From assembly GCA_910586285.1 (NCBI GenBank), contig CAJUGR010000002.1, forward strand, positions 1 through 53,828: a stretch of 53,828 nt of DNA, read 5' to 3'. Positions 31,743 through 40,853 of the stretch are shown here, one piece after another. The stretch is from an uncultured Erysipelotrichaceae bacterium. GTDB lineage: Bacteria > Bacillota_I > Bacilli_A > Erysipelotrichales > Erysipelotrichaceae. How positions within the stretch are numbered: position 1 is the stretch's first letter; every line of letters starts with the position of its first letter. The notes under the pieces were generated by a model that saw only the letters and a program-made list of their open reading frames with translations, made no database searches and was not told where the DNA came from. The position numbers were made by a program, and so were the translations under genes.

Positions 31743-32843
31743 TTATTTCATTTTTTTGATATTGCCTTGTTCTACCTGCCAAATATGATAATTACGTTTA
31801 TCTCCTATCGGTATCTCTTTGATATCCGTAGTGGAGATGAGTGTCTGCACATCTTGAGGTAATTCCTGCAATAACATCCGTTTACGATTTTCATCCAATT
31901 CCGAAAACACATCATCTAATAACAATATTGGATATTCCTTCGTCAATTCATAAATCATCTTCACCAGACCAACTTTCATTGCCAATAGGACACTGCGTTT
32001 TTGTCCCTGTGAAGCATAAGCACTCAGATTGCGATCATTAATCATAAACATAAAATCTTCTTTATGAATTCCGATCGTAGTCTGATGATACAGACAATCG
32101 CGCTCTTTGTTTCGTTCAAATTTTTTCATTAATTGTTCCTTCAATTCATTTTCATTTTCACTGTAAGGAACGCAACACTGATAAACAAAACTCAGTGTCG
32201 TTTGATCTTGCGCCAGTCTTTCATAAAATGAACGACAATTTCTTAACAGATCATCCAGAAAATATTGACGCTGTTTGATGATGATCACCTGTTGATCAAT
32301 CAATCGCTCACTCAATACATCCAGATATGTCATATCAATGTGATCCTGTTTCAAACAGGCATTGCGTTCTTTTAATAACCGTCCCGCTTCATTTAAGACC
32401 CGTGTATATGATTTAGAAAGCTTTGACAGTTCGATATCAATGAATCTTCTTCTGGCTCTTGGTGAAGCCTGAAACAAGGCCATATCATCGGGGCAAAATA
32501 AAATCGCGTTCAATTCGCCGATAAAATCACTGACGCGCTTAATCGATGTTTGATACAGAAACAAATTTTTTCCCTGCGGACTTAAGGCAATGCGTAAATC
32601 CACAGTTCTCATCTGTTTTTGTACGCGGCCGCGCAATACCGCAAATTCCTGTGATTCTCTGATCAAATCATGATCATCATTACTTCGGTGCGAACGTGTT
32701 GTGGATAAATAATAAATCGCTTCCAACAAATTGGTTTTTCCCTGTGCATTTTTACCGGTAATTAAATGAATTCCGTTATCCAATTCTAATTGTGCATTGG
32801 CATAATTACGGAAATTCCGCAATGTTAATGAAGTAAGAATCAT
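31743..32843 (-). CDS. recF: DNA replication/repair protein RecF
   Basis: GKNAQGKTNLLEAI, SQGQKRS, PILLLDDVFSELD. Confidence 0.96.
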   Translation of the reverse strand: MILTSLTLRNFRNYANAQLELDNGIHLITGKNAQGKTNLLEAIYYLSTTRSHRSNDDHDLIRESQEFAVLRGRVQKQMRTVDLRIALSPQGKNLFLYQTSIKRVSDFIGELNAILFCPDDMALFQASPRARRRFIDIELSKLSKSYTRVLNEAGRLLKERNACLKQDHIDMTYLDVLSERLIDQQVIIIKQRQYFLDDLLRNCRSFYERLAQDQTTLSFVYQCCVPYSENENELKEQLMKKFERNKERDCLYHQTTIGIHKEDFMFMINDRNLSAYASQGQKRSVLLAMKVGLVKMIYELTKEYPILLLDDVFSELDENRKRMLLQELPQDVQTLISTTDIKEIPIGDKRNYHIWQVEQGNIKKMK

Positions 32844-33046
32844 ATTAAATGAAATTCTTTACCTTCAATCACAACATTATCATTCCTCCGCAGTTTGCGG
32901 CCACGGCGATTTTCCGCTTCACCGTTAACGGTAATACGAAGTTCTTTTACCGCAAATTTGGCCTCACCGCCGGTTGAAATAAAGTCTGTGAGTTTTAAAA
33001 ACTGACCTAACGTTATGAAATCACCTTTTACCTTTATATCCATCAC
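32840..33046 (-). CDS. yaaA: S4-domain protein YaaA
   Basis: ITLGQFLK...STGGEAK...VNGE.ENRRGRKL; dnaN-yaaA-recF synteny. Confidence 0.9.
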   Translation of the reverse strand: MMDIKVKGDFITLGQFLKLTDFISTGGEAKFAVKELRITVNGEAENRRGRKLRRNDNVVIEGKEFHLI

Positions 33047-33176
33047 AAGCCCTCTTTCATACCACTATATTATACCATAAAATGCTTTATTTTTGGGTGT
33101 TTCCGCCATATTTTGCGACTTTTTTTCATTGCTTTCAACCATTATTTTTTTAATTGTAAAAGCTTCATATTACCAA

Positions 33177-33198
33177 TAAAAAAATGGGCAATGCCCAT
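33177..33198 (-). terminator. Intrinsic terminator after dnaN
   Basis: AUGGGCA-U-UGCCCAU followed by a U-run. Confidence 0.6.
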
Positions 33199-34316
33199 TA
33201 TTCATAAGTACGTACCGGAAGTACAAGCTGTAAAACACTTTCATCACTCACCGATTGAATGATAAACGGCTTCATTTCCCCACATAAAGAAAATTTCACC
33301 AGATCACCGTCTAAAGAGCGAATTGCATCAAAAACATATTTTCCATTACAGCTGATCGCCAATTTATTTCCATCAAAGCTGGCCGAACTGAGAACCTCGG
33401 TAGACGATCCTACTTCCAACGATTTACTGGATAAGATGCATTCTTCTTCCGACAATGAGAATTTAATGACGGAAACACCGTCGCTTTTAATAAAGCTGGC
33501 ACGATCAATCGCATTCAGAATATCTTTGATATCCATCGTCAATGTATAATCAAAGGATAAAGGAATTAAACGATTGGTTTCCGGATATGCACCGTCAATC
33601 AAACGAGTTTGAATAATCGTATCATCCAAGATAAACTGTGCTTTTCGCTCATTTACCGCAATTTCCACATCGCCTTCCCCTTCTAAAGTCTTATATACTT
33701 CCGCTAAACTTTTGCCGGGAATCGTTATGTTGAATTTTAACGGTGTATGAATAGCCAAGGTTTTTCTCGCTAGACGATAAGAATCGGTCGCCACACATTG
33801 TAAAGTCGTACTGTCACAGGAAAAATTAACACCAGTCAATACCGGTCTTGTTTCTTTATCACTGACCGCAAATGATGTCTGATTGATAATTTTCTTTAAC
33901 AAATCCTTCGGCATCGTAAATACATCGGTCGGTTTTTCAAAATCAATCTTAGGATATTCTTGAGCATTCATACCGTTGATTTTAAATTCAGCACTTTTTC
34001 CGCTGATTTTGGTTAAGGAACCATCAATCATTTCCACTTCAATCACATCAGCATCAATTTTACGGATGATTTCCAAAATATATTTGGACTCCAATACCAC
34101 AGCTCCCATATCATTGATCTGTAATTGACATTCGTTTGATTTCTTCAAAATCGTTTGAATGGAAATATCAGAATCACTTCCGGTTAAGATTAATTGATTT
34201 TCTTCCGCTTCAATTTTAATACCGGAAAATGCCGGCAGCGGACTATAATTTGATATGGCTCTTGCCGAGGTTGATAATGCTTGTAAAAAGGTTCGTTTTG
34301 ATACTTTGAAATACAT
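33198..34316 (-). CDS. dnaN: DNA polymerase III beta clamp
   Basis: RPVLTGV, VATDSYRLA, RLIDGAYP, QLVLPVR; ATG at 34316 with AAGGGAG RBS. Confidence 0.96.
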   Translation of the reverse strand: MYFKVSKRTFLQALSTSARAISNYSPLPAFSGIKIEAEENQLILTGSDSDISIQTILKKSNECQLQINDMGAVVLESKYILEIIRKIDADVIEVEMIDGSLTKISGKSAEFKINGMNAQEYPKIDFEKPTDVFTMPKDLLKKIINQTSFAVSDKETRPVLTGVNFSCDSTTLQCVATDSYRLARKTLAIHTPLKFNITIPGKSLAEVYKTLEGEGDVEIAVNERKAQFILDDTIIQTRLIDGAYPETNRLIPLSFDYTLTMDIKDILNAIDRASFIKSDGVSVIKFSLSEEECILSSKSLEVGSSTEVLSSASFDGNKLAISCNGKYVFDAIRSLDGDLVKFSLCGEMKPFIIQSVSDESVLQLVLPVRTYE

Positions 34317-34344
34317 GGGTAATTCTCCCTTCTTTATTTCTTTT

Positions 34345-34460
34345 TTATAAACAATAATAATAAGGCTGTGAATAAATGTGGAAAACTTCATTTCCGCTTT
34401 ATTTTCCTTATCATTTTAACAGATTTTAATGGGGATGAAAAGTGAATAAATATGGATAAC
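34345..34460. other. oriC, dnaA-dnaN part (unwinding region)
   Basis: DnaA boxes TGTGAATAA (34367-34375), TGTGGAAAA (34377-34385), AGTGAATAA (34441-34449), TATGGATAA (34451-34459); a GGC spacer, then TAA repeats (DnaA-trio-like, 34351-34363) and an AT-rich tract. Confidence 0.85.
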
Positions 34461-35816
34461 TCAAGAAAGACCGAGTTGATGTTCAATTCGAATGACGGCC
34501 TGCATCATCACATCATTCTCTTTTAATAAATTCACCATTTTTTCATAACTTGACATTACAGTGGAATGGTCACGCCCGCCAAATTCCAAACCGATCTTCA
34601 CATAAGGAAGTTCCAAATGCTTACGACATAAATACATTGCGATATGACGCGCAGTGGAAATATTTTTGGTACGGGATTTGGATTCGATCTGATGACGGGT
34701 CAATCCATAGAATTCACATACTGCCTGTTTAATCTGTTTTACTGTAAGTTCGCTGCGTTCTCTTAACATGACCGGATCTTCTTTAAAAATCTCTTTTGCA
34801 AAGGCCAGATCAATGCGATCGGGGTTGTATAGGATTGCTTTAAAGAATAATTCGTTTAAGGTCCCCTCCAATTTACGAACATCACTGGAAAATTTAGTGG
34901 CTAAATAATCGAGAACATCATCATCAATCATGATGGTATCCTCGCGTCCTTCCATTTTTTTCGAAAGAATCGCTTTGGCCGTTTCAAATTCCGGGGCGCC
35001 GATCGCTACGGAAAGACCGCTGGAAAAGCGGGAAATCAAGCGATTTTCAATGCCTTTTAAGTCATTAGGATGAATATCACTGGTAATGACAATCTGTTTG
35101 TGATTGGTAATCAGCTTATTATATAAATTAAAGAATACTTCCTGAGAAGCGCTTTGTGTTAAACGCTGAATATCATCAATTAATAAATAATCGACTTCAG
35201 CAATTCGCTCTTTGACTTCTTCTACTGTCTTATTCTTCATTGATTCTATTAACAATGTGACAAAATCCTCACTGTAAATGTAAAGAACTTTTGCGTCCGG
35301 TTTATTGGTAAGAATATAATTGCCGATGGCATGAAGTAAATGGGTTTTTCCCAATCCGGAATTACCGTAAATAAATAGCGGATTATTAAATTTTCCCGGG
35401 TAATAACAACAGCTCAGCGCTGCGGCTTGTGCTTCCCGATTGTTTTTACCGACAATAAAATTTTCAAAAGTATAATCCTCTTTAATTTTATTTTCAAACA
35501 TCACTTCATTGCGAGCCTTGGCAACCGAACTGCTAGAAAGACGATTCATTTCTTCTTGCAAAAAGATCTGACAGGCAACGTCATGTTCAATGACGCCGGA
35601 TAATATTTGTTGGATAAATCCGATGGAATCCATCATAATTTGTTTGTTAATTTTATATGGAACCAAAATGGTCGCAAAATCCTCATCCAAATCATACAGT
35701 TGAGAATCTTTAATCCAAATATTAAAAACGGCAGGATCGAACTGACCACTGTCTTCAATCAATTTTAACGTGGTTTGCCATATATTTACTAATTGTTTTT
35801 TTACAAATTCCGACAT
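34461..35816 (-). CDS. dnaA: Chromosomal replication initiator DnaA
   Basis: YTFENF, NPLFIYGNSGLGKTHLL, LLIDDIQ, RLISRF, FGGRDHSTV. Confidence 0.98.
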   Translation of the reverse strand: MSEFVKKQLVNIWQTTLKLIEDSGQFDPAVFNIWIKDSQLYDLDEDFATILVPYKINKQIMMDSIGFIQQILSGVIEHDVACQIFLQEEMNRLSSSSVAKARNEVMFENKIKEDYTFENFIVGKNNREAQAAALSCCYYPGKFNNPLFIYGNSGLGKTHLLHAIGNYILTNKPDAKVLYIYSEDFVTLLIESMKNKTVEEVKERIAEVDYLLIDDIQRLTQSASQEVFFNLYNKLITNHKQIVITSDIHPNDLKGIENRLISRFSSGLSVAIGAPEFETAKAILSKKMEGREDTIMIDDDVLDYLATKFSSDVRKLEGTLNELFFKAILYNPDRIDLAFAKEIFKEDPVMLRERSELTVKQIKQAVCEFYGLTRHQIESKSRTKNISTARHIAMYLCRKHLELPYVKIGLEFGGRDHSTVMSSYEKMVNLLKENDVMMQAVIRIEHQLGLS

Positions 35817-35958
35817 AAAATACTCCTTTGGTGTACTTTATTTATTTTACTACAAAACCGATGAAAACGCTATGATGAATTCATGAAAAAGAGAACAAAA
35901 GAAAGAAAGGGAAAGACAAGAAGAAATAAATATAAAAAATTGGGAAATGATGGAAAAG

Positions 35959-36238
35959 TTATCCACATATTTTAGTGGATTGTGGATAAATAGAAGGTGG
36001 TTACGTTTAATGTGGATAACTTTCAAGGTGGAAAAGTAGAAAACCTCATATGTAATATAAGAGTTATCCACCATAAAAAGGAAAAACAAATCCTTATTGC
36101 ATAGGACTTAATCCAATATTTCCCAATAAAAACATATGGTGGAAAACGATTCGAAAAAGACCATGTAGATCAAGGTGGAAAAAAATGATTTTGCACGATT
36201 ATTGAGAAAACAAAGAGAAAAGATTGGAGTTTTCCACA
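35959..36238. other. oriC, DnaA-box cluster upstream of dnaA
   Basis: Perfect boxes at 35959-35967, 35981-35989 and 36011-36019; near-consensus boxes at 36027, 36064, 36138, 36174 and 36230. Confidence 0.88.
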
Positions 36239-36835
36239 AATTATCTTTTTTATTTTGACTGTTTCCTTATATAATATATGCAAATATTTCCCAATAAAAG
36301 GTAAAATGAATCAAAAAAATGAAATTGGAAAAAAGGATAAAAAATACTTCTGTTAAAGAACTTTTATTTTTTAATTATTGCTTTTATTTTAATCTGGCAA
36401 ATGAGATATATATGATCGCAAAGTTATATATTTTCTAATATTTATGTGTTAAATCAGAGGAAAAACAAAGACCAATAAATATTGAGCGGATATATAAGAA
36501 GAAAATATTATTATTTTTTTATAGGAGTCCTCATAACCGCAAAGAACAAATCGGTATGATGCTAAATAATGAAGTTATATCATGACTGTTGGAAAGCAAA
36601 AGAATGGTAACTTTATCATAATAATCATACAGCTGATTAATAAATTTTTAAAAGTGAACCAAAACACCGTCATATGACTACAATATTTTCCTTATATCTT
36701 GCTTATCCAAACATAATTCTTTATTTAAAATATCATCTGAACCTGTTTTATTTATTTTCATGAATAGACGATGAATCAAAAGTTCTTATTCGATTGCGAA
36801 TGCCCCCAAAATTTTCATTTTCATCATGATGTTTA

Positions 36836-36864
36836 TTGACTTATCAATACAAGTTATGTATAAT
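36836..36864 (+). promoter_or_regulatory. Sigma-A promoter of rpmH
   Basis: TTGACT-17-TATAAT. Confidence 0.75.
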
Positions 36865-36918
36865 TTACAAGCAATGCTCAATTTATGTATAAAGACTTGA
36901 ATAGAGGAGGTGTATCTT

Positions 36919-37053
36919 GTGAAAAGAACATATCAACCGAGCAAAAGAAAACACCAAAAAACTCATGGATTCAGAGCCAGAATGGCTACTGTTGGAGGAC
37001 GTCGGGTATTGGCTCGCCGCCGCAGCAAAGGTAGAAAAGTGTTGTCAGCTTAA
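36919..37053 (+). CDS. rpmH: 50S ribosomal protein L34 (not in the ORF track)
   Basis: GTG start after [49 protein letters not shown], 44 aa. Confidence 0.97.
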   Translation: MKRTYQPSKRKHQKTHGFRARMATVGGRRVLARRRSKGRKVLSA

Positions 37054-37081
37054 AAATCATCCACCTGCGGGTGATTTTTTT
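37052..37081 (+). terminator. Terminator/attenuator hairpin after rpmH
   Basis: AAAAAUCAUCC-ACCUGC-GGGUGAUUUUU plus a U-run. Confidence 0.6.
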
Positions 37082-37116
37082 GTAGGATCAATATTTATAA
37101 GCAAAGGAGGATAGGC

Positions 37117-37449
37117 ATGAAAAAAACATTACGAATTCGTAAAAGTGAAGAATTTCTTGAAATTATGAACAATAAAAATTTTTATGTCTGTCCCTCCTTT
37201 ACCCTTTACATCAAACCGCGAAAAGAAGATCATGCCCGCATTGGCTTATCGGTTTCAAAAAAATTGGGTAAGGCTCACATCAGGAATAAAATTAAGCGGC
37301 AAGTGCGTATGATGTGTCAGGAAATCTATGATTTTCATGAAGAATTTGATTCTGTGATCTTGGTTCGGCCGCTTTATTTAAAAGAAAATTATCGAAACAA
37401 CAAAAAACTCTTGGAAACACTGCATAAAAAAGTTAAAATATATAGGTAA
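37117..37449 (+). CDS. rnpA: Ribonuclease P protein component
   Basis: RIRKSEEF, RIGLSVSKKLGKAHIRNKIKRQVR. Confidence 0.95.
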   Translation: MKKTLRIRKSEEFLEIMNNKNFYVCPSFTLYIKPRKEDHARIGLSVSKKLGKAHIRNKIKRQVRMMCQEIYDFHEEFDSVILVRPLYLKENYRNNKKLLETLHKKVKIYR

Positions 37450-37473
37450 GCCAAATGAGCGAGGAGAATAACA

Positions 37474-38373
37474 ATGAAGCGATTTTTTAAAGACAAAAGA
37501 AAATTAATGATATTTACTATATTTATATTGGTAGTGCTGGCAGCTTGTTCCAGTCCGCGAGATCCCAATACCGGCCAGGTATATCCGGAAAAATTAATCG
37601 GAATTGATACCACGTTTGGATCTCAGCTGAATCAAGGATGGTTTGACGGAATTATCGTGTGGCCGATTGCTCAATTAATCAATGTGATTGCCCAAGCGAC
37701 AGATGCCGGTATTGGAATAATCGTTGTAACCTTATTACTGCAATTTGCGACCGCAGCATTTTCAATCAAATCACAGGTATCGGCGCAGCGGATGCAGATG
37801 CTTCAGCCGGAGATGCAGCGAATTCAGAATAAATATGCGGGAAAAACAGATGATCGTTCGCGAATGATGCAGGCACAAGAACTCCAACAAATCTATGCGA
37901 AAAATAATATTAATCCCTTTGGAACAATTTTAACAACATTCCTGCAATTTCCGTTGATTTTGGGTGTTTACCAAGCAACACAGCGGGCACAGGAAGTTGT
38001 AGAAGGTTCCTTCTTAAATATTAAATTAACCGAAACACCGATCTGGGGAATGGAAAACGGACAATGGGTTTACATTCTTATTTTCTTATTAATGATCGTA
38101 TTCCAGTTTGCATCATTGAAATTTCCGCAATGGCTTCAAAAACAGCGGGACAAGAATAATCATGTGAAGAAAAAAGAATATGCAGATCCGAAAAATAATA
38201 AAAATAACATGGCCGGATCTATGAATATGATGATGTATGGAAGTTTGGGTATGATCGCAATCTTTGCGATTAACTGGCCACTCTCTATGTCCTTCTACTG
38301 GTTAGTTTCATCAATAGCACGAATTATTCAAAATATTGTGATTAACAAATTCTTTATCAATGATGAAAAATAA
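37474..38373 (+). CDS. yidC: Membrane protein insertase YidC/SpoIIIJ
   Basis: Lipobox LAAC, MQMLQPEM..IQ.KY, INPFG, LQFPL, FYW; rnpA-yidC-jag synteny. Confidence 0.92.
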   Translation: MKRFFKDKRKLMIFTIFILVVLAACSSPRDPNTGQVYPEKLIGIDTTFGSQLNQGWFDGIIVWPIAQLINVIAQATDAGIGIIVVTLLLQFATAAFSIKSQVSAQRMQMLQPEMQRIQNKYAGKTDDRSRMMQAQELQQIYAKNNINPFGTILTTFLQFPLILGVYQATQRAQEVVEGSFLNIKLTETPIWGMENGQWVYILIFLLMIVFQFASLKFPQWLQKQRDKNNHVKKKEYADPKNNKNNMAGSMNMMMYGSLGMIAIFAINWPLSMSFYWLVSSIARIIQNIVINKFFINDEK

Positions 38374-38390
38374 GAAAGGGAGAACGACTT

Positions 38391-39017
38391 ATGAAAAAAA
38401 TATATACCGGTAAAACCATTGATGAAATTTTGGCCTCAGCCGCTACCGATAAGCATTGTGAAGTAAACGATCTCACATATGAAATCAAAGAAGAAAAAGC
38501 AGGTTTTTTGGGAATCGGAAAAGAAGTGAGCGCAGAAATCTACTGTGAACAGGATGTTGAGGATTTTATTCGTGGTTATCTACAATCATATTTCGATCAT
38601 ATCGAAATGGAGTCTTATATGGAAATTACCCGTGATCATGACGGATACTACCACGTTGATTTGGATACGCAAAATAATGCCATAATGATTGGTAAAAACG
38701 GCCAGACATTGCAGTCACTGAATGCTGTGTTACGCGCTGCCGTTTCCGGAGAATTTAAAAAGCGCATTGGTGTTATGGCAGATATCAACGGTTATAAGGA
38801 AGATCGCTATCGTAAATTGCGTTCTATTGCTTTGCGGGCTGCCAAAAGTGTTCGCCGCACCAAGGTAGATGTTACTTTGGATCCGATGCCTTCAGATGAG
38901 CGAAAGGTTATACATAATTGCTTAACGAATATGGCGGGAGTATCCACATTCAGTGAAGGCGAAGGAAGAGAAAGACGAATTAAAATTGTCTATAATCCGG
39001 GAAAAGAAGTTGATTAA
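38391..39017 (+). CDS. jag: Jag/EloR/KhpB RNA-binding protein (Jag-N, KH, R3H)
   Basis: GFLGIG, IGKNGQTLQSL, DINGY, PM..DERKVIH, SEGEG. Confidence 0.92.
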   Translation: MKKIYTGKTIDEILASAATDKHCEVNDLTYEIKEEKAGFLGIGKEVSAEIYCEQDVEDFIRGYLQSYFDHIEMESYMEITRDHDGYYHVDLDTQNNAIMIGKNGQTLQSLNAVLRAAVSGEFKKRIGVMADINGYKEDRYRKLRSIALRAAKSVRRTKVDVTLDPMPSDERKVIHNCLTNMAGVSTFSEGEGRERRIKIVYNPGKEVD

Positions 39018-39019
39018 GT

Positions 39020-39047
39020 AAAACTGTCAAATGACAGTTTTCTTTTT
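39020..39047 (+). terminator. Intrinsic terminator after jag
   Basis: AAAACUGUCA-AA-UGACAGUUUU then CUUUUU. Confidence 0.7.
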
Positions 39048-39076
39048 ACGGAAAAAATGATAAACTTAGAAAGAAA

Positions 39077-40273
39077 TTGGCTGGTGGTAAAATGAATACA
39101 TTGTATCAAGACGGAAAAAAAATAATCATGAAAAAGATCGGCATTTTTTGCCTGATTTTAATTGCTGTTCTTTTATGCAGTGCATTAACATGGGGCAACA
39201 GCATCGCATCGCTGTTGGAGGGAACCAAAGACTTTGAAAACTATGAGCCATATTTATTTGAACAAAAGGCAGTGGAAGCATTGGATCATGCTTATTTTAA
39301 AAAAGAAATTATTATGATTACCGGTTCTTATGCACAATACGGAAATATGAAAGAATCACAAATGGAAAATCAAACCGTTTATTATTTAATGCCAACCGAA
39401 CGTGGAGAACAATTTCTCACTGTCATTGCACATGGAAAAATTGTTGCTACTTTAGATGAAATGGAAAACGCCTTTTATAATTCGATCGGCAGTGAAAACA
39501 AAACTTATCCTGAACCGATTATGATCAAAGGCGGCTTTAAAAAACTACAAAAGGAAGAATTAACCTATGCGTTGGATTACTTTAAAGGTTATGATGAAAA
39601 GATTCAAACCGAAGCGGATTTATTGACAGTGTTAAGTCCGTATGCCATCGTCATTGACCAAATTGATTCGATCACGACTTCCAGCTTATGGATCCTCTTA
39701 ATTTTATGGATATTGATTGCGTTGGTACTAGTGCTTTGCATGATTTTATATTTCAGCGGAATTTGTTTAAAAACACTGGATAATGATATTGATCAATTAT
39801 CACAGTCACTCAAAGAGATCATGGATGACGATTACAAAAAAGCGGAATCATATGAACCATTAAAAATCGGAAATCATTTATTATATCAACGGGAGCGCTG
39901 GACATGGCGAGTTTATGATTATGATGAAATTATCTGGATTTATCAAAAAGAAGTATTACATAAAGTGAAACGCTGTTTTGAAGTCTGCGCCTATGATAAA
40001 AAGGGACATAAACTGGTTTTATATCGATCCAACGATCAGAAAAAAGCAGAAATGGTTTTGAAAAAAGTATTTGACCATTGTCATAATGCATTATTTGGTT
40101 ATGAAAGCTATATTTATGAATATTGGCAGGAATATCCGGAGAAACTATATGATAAATTGACAGAACTTTCTTTGATTAAAGAAAGAATGGTAAAAGATGA
40201 AGTAAAAGAAAAGGAAAAAGCAAAAGAGCGTAAATTACGGTATCGAAAAAGCCGGTTGAAAAGGAAAAGATAA
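39077..40273 (+). CDS. Hypothetical two-TM membrane protein
   Basis: 398-aa ORF with an N-terminal hydrophobic anchor and a second TM (LWILLILWILIALVLVLCMILYF); start uncertain (39077/39092/39128). Confidence 0.75.
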   Translation: MAGGKMNTLYQDGKKIIMKKIGIFCLILIAVLLCSALTWGNSIASLLEGTKDFENYEPYLFEQKAVEALDHAYFKKEIIMITGSYAQYGNMKESQMENQTVYYLMPTERGEQFLTVIAHGKIVATLDEMENAFYNSIGSENKTYPEPIMIKGGFKKLQKEELTYALDYFKGYDEKIQTEADLLTVLSPYAIVIDQIDSITTSSLWILLILWILIALVLVLCMILYFSGICLKTLDNDIDQLSQSLKEIMDDDYKKAESYEPLKIGNHLLYQRERWTWRVYDYDEIIWIYQKEVLHKVKRCFEVCAYDKKGHKLVLYRSNDQKKAEMVLKKVFDHCHNALFGYESYIYEYWQEYPEKLYDKLTELSLIKERMVKDEVKEKEKAKERKLRYRKSRLKRKR

Positions 40274-40286
40274 GGGCGGTGAGAGG

Positions 40287-40853
40287 ATGAAATTGATAGT
40301 CGGATTGGGGAATCCCGGCGCAAAATATGAAAATACGCGCCATAACACGGGCTTTCAGGTAATGGATGAAATTGCAAAGGAGCTTTGCATTAATATCACA
40401 CAGCAAAAATTTCAAGCATTAATCGCTACGACTCAGTTCCAAGGAGAAAAGGTGATGTGTATGAAACCGCAAACCTTTATGAATCTGTCGGGAGAGGCAG
40501 TGGGAGCCGCAATGCGTTTCTATCATCTCTCTTTATCAGATCTTTTAGTTATTTATGATGATAAGGATATCCCGGTCGGAAAAATACGACTGCGTGAAAA
40601 AGGCAGTTCCGGCGGTCAAAACGGAGTAAAAAATATCATTGCGCATGTGGGCAGTGAACAATGGAATCGTATTCGGGTCGGGATTGGAAAGGATCCGACA
40701 CGCGATATGGTGGATTGGGTATTGGGGACATTCAGTAAGGAAGAAGCGCCAATTCATCATCAAGCGATATGTTTGGCGAAGGATGCGGCGATTTACAGTA
40801 TCACTCATTCCTTTATGGATACAATGAATCGTTTTAATCAGAGGATGAAATGA
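40287..40853 (+). CDS. pth: Peptidyl-tRNA hydrolase
   Basis: LIVGLGNPG, TRHNTG, KPQTFMNLSG, GSSGGQNG, RIRVGIG. Confidence 0.96.
   Translation: MKLIVGLGNPGAKYENTRHNTGFQVMDEIAKELCINITQQKFQALIATTQFQGEKVMCMKPQTFMNLSGEAVGAAMRFYHLSLSDLLVIYDDKDIPVGKIRLREKGSSGGQNGVKNIIAHVGSEQWNRIRVGIGKDPTRDMVDWVLGTFSKEEAPIHHQAICLAKDAAIYSITHSFMDTMNRFNQRMK

Noticed and set aside
35850..36089. 79-aa ORF upstream of dnaA
   Set aside because: Low-complexity translation of the DnaA-box cluster, with no RBS.
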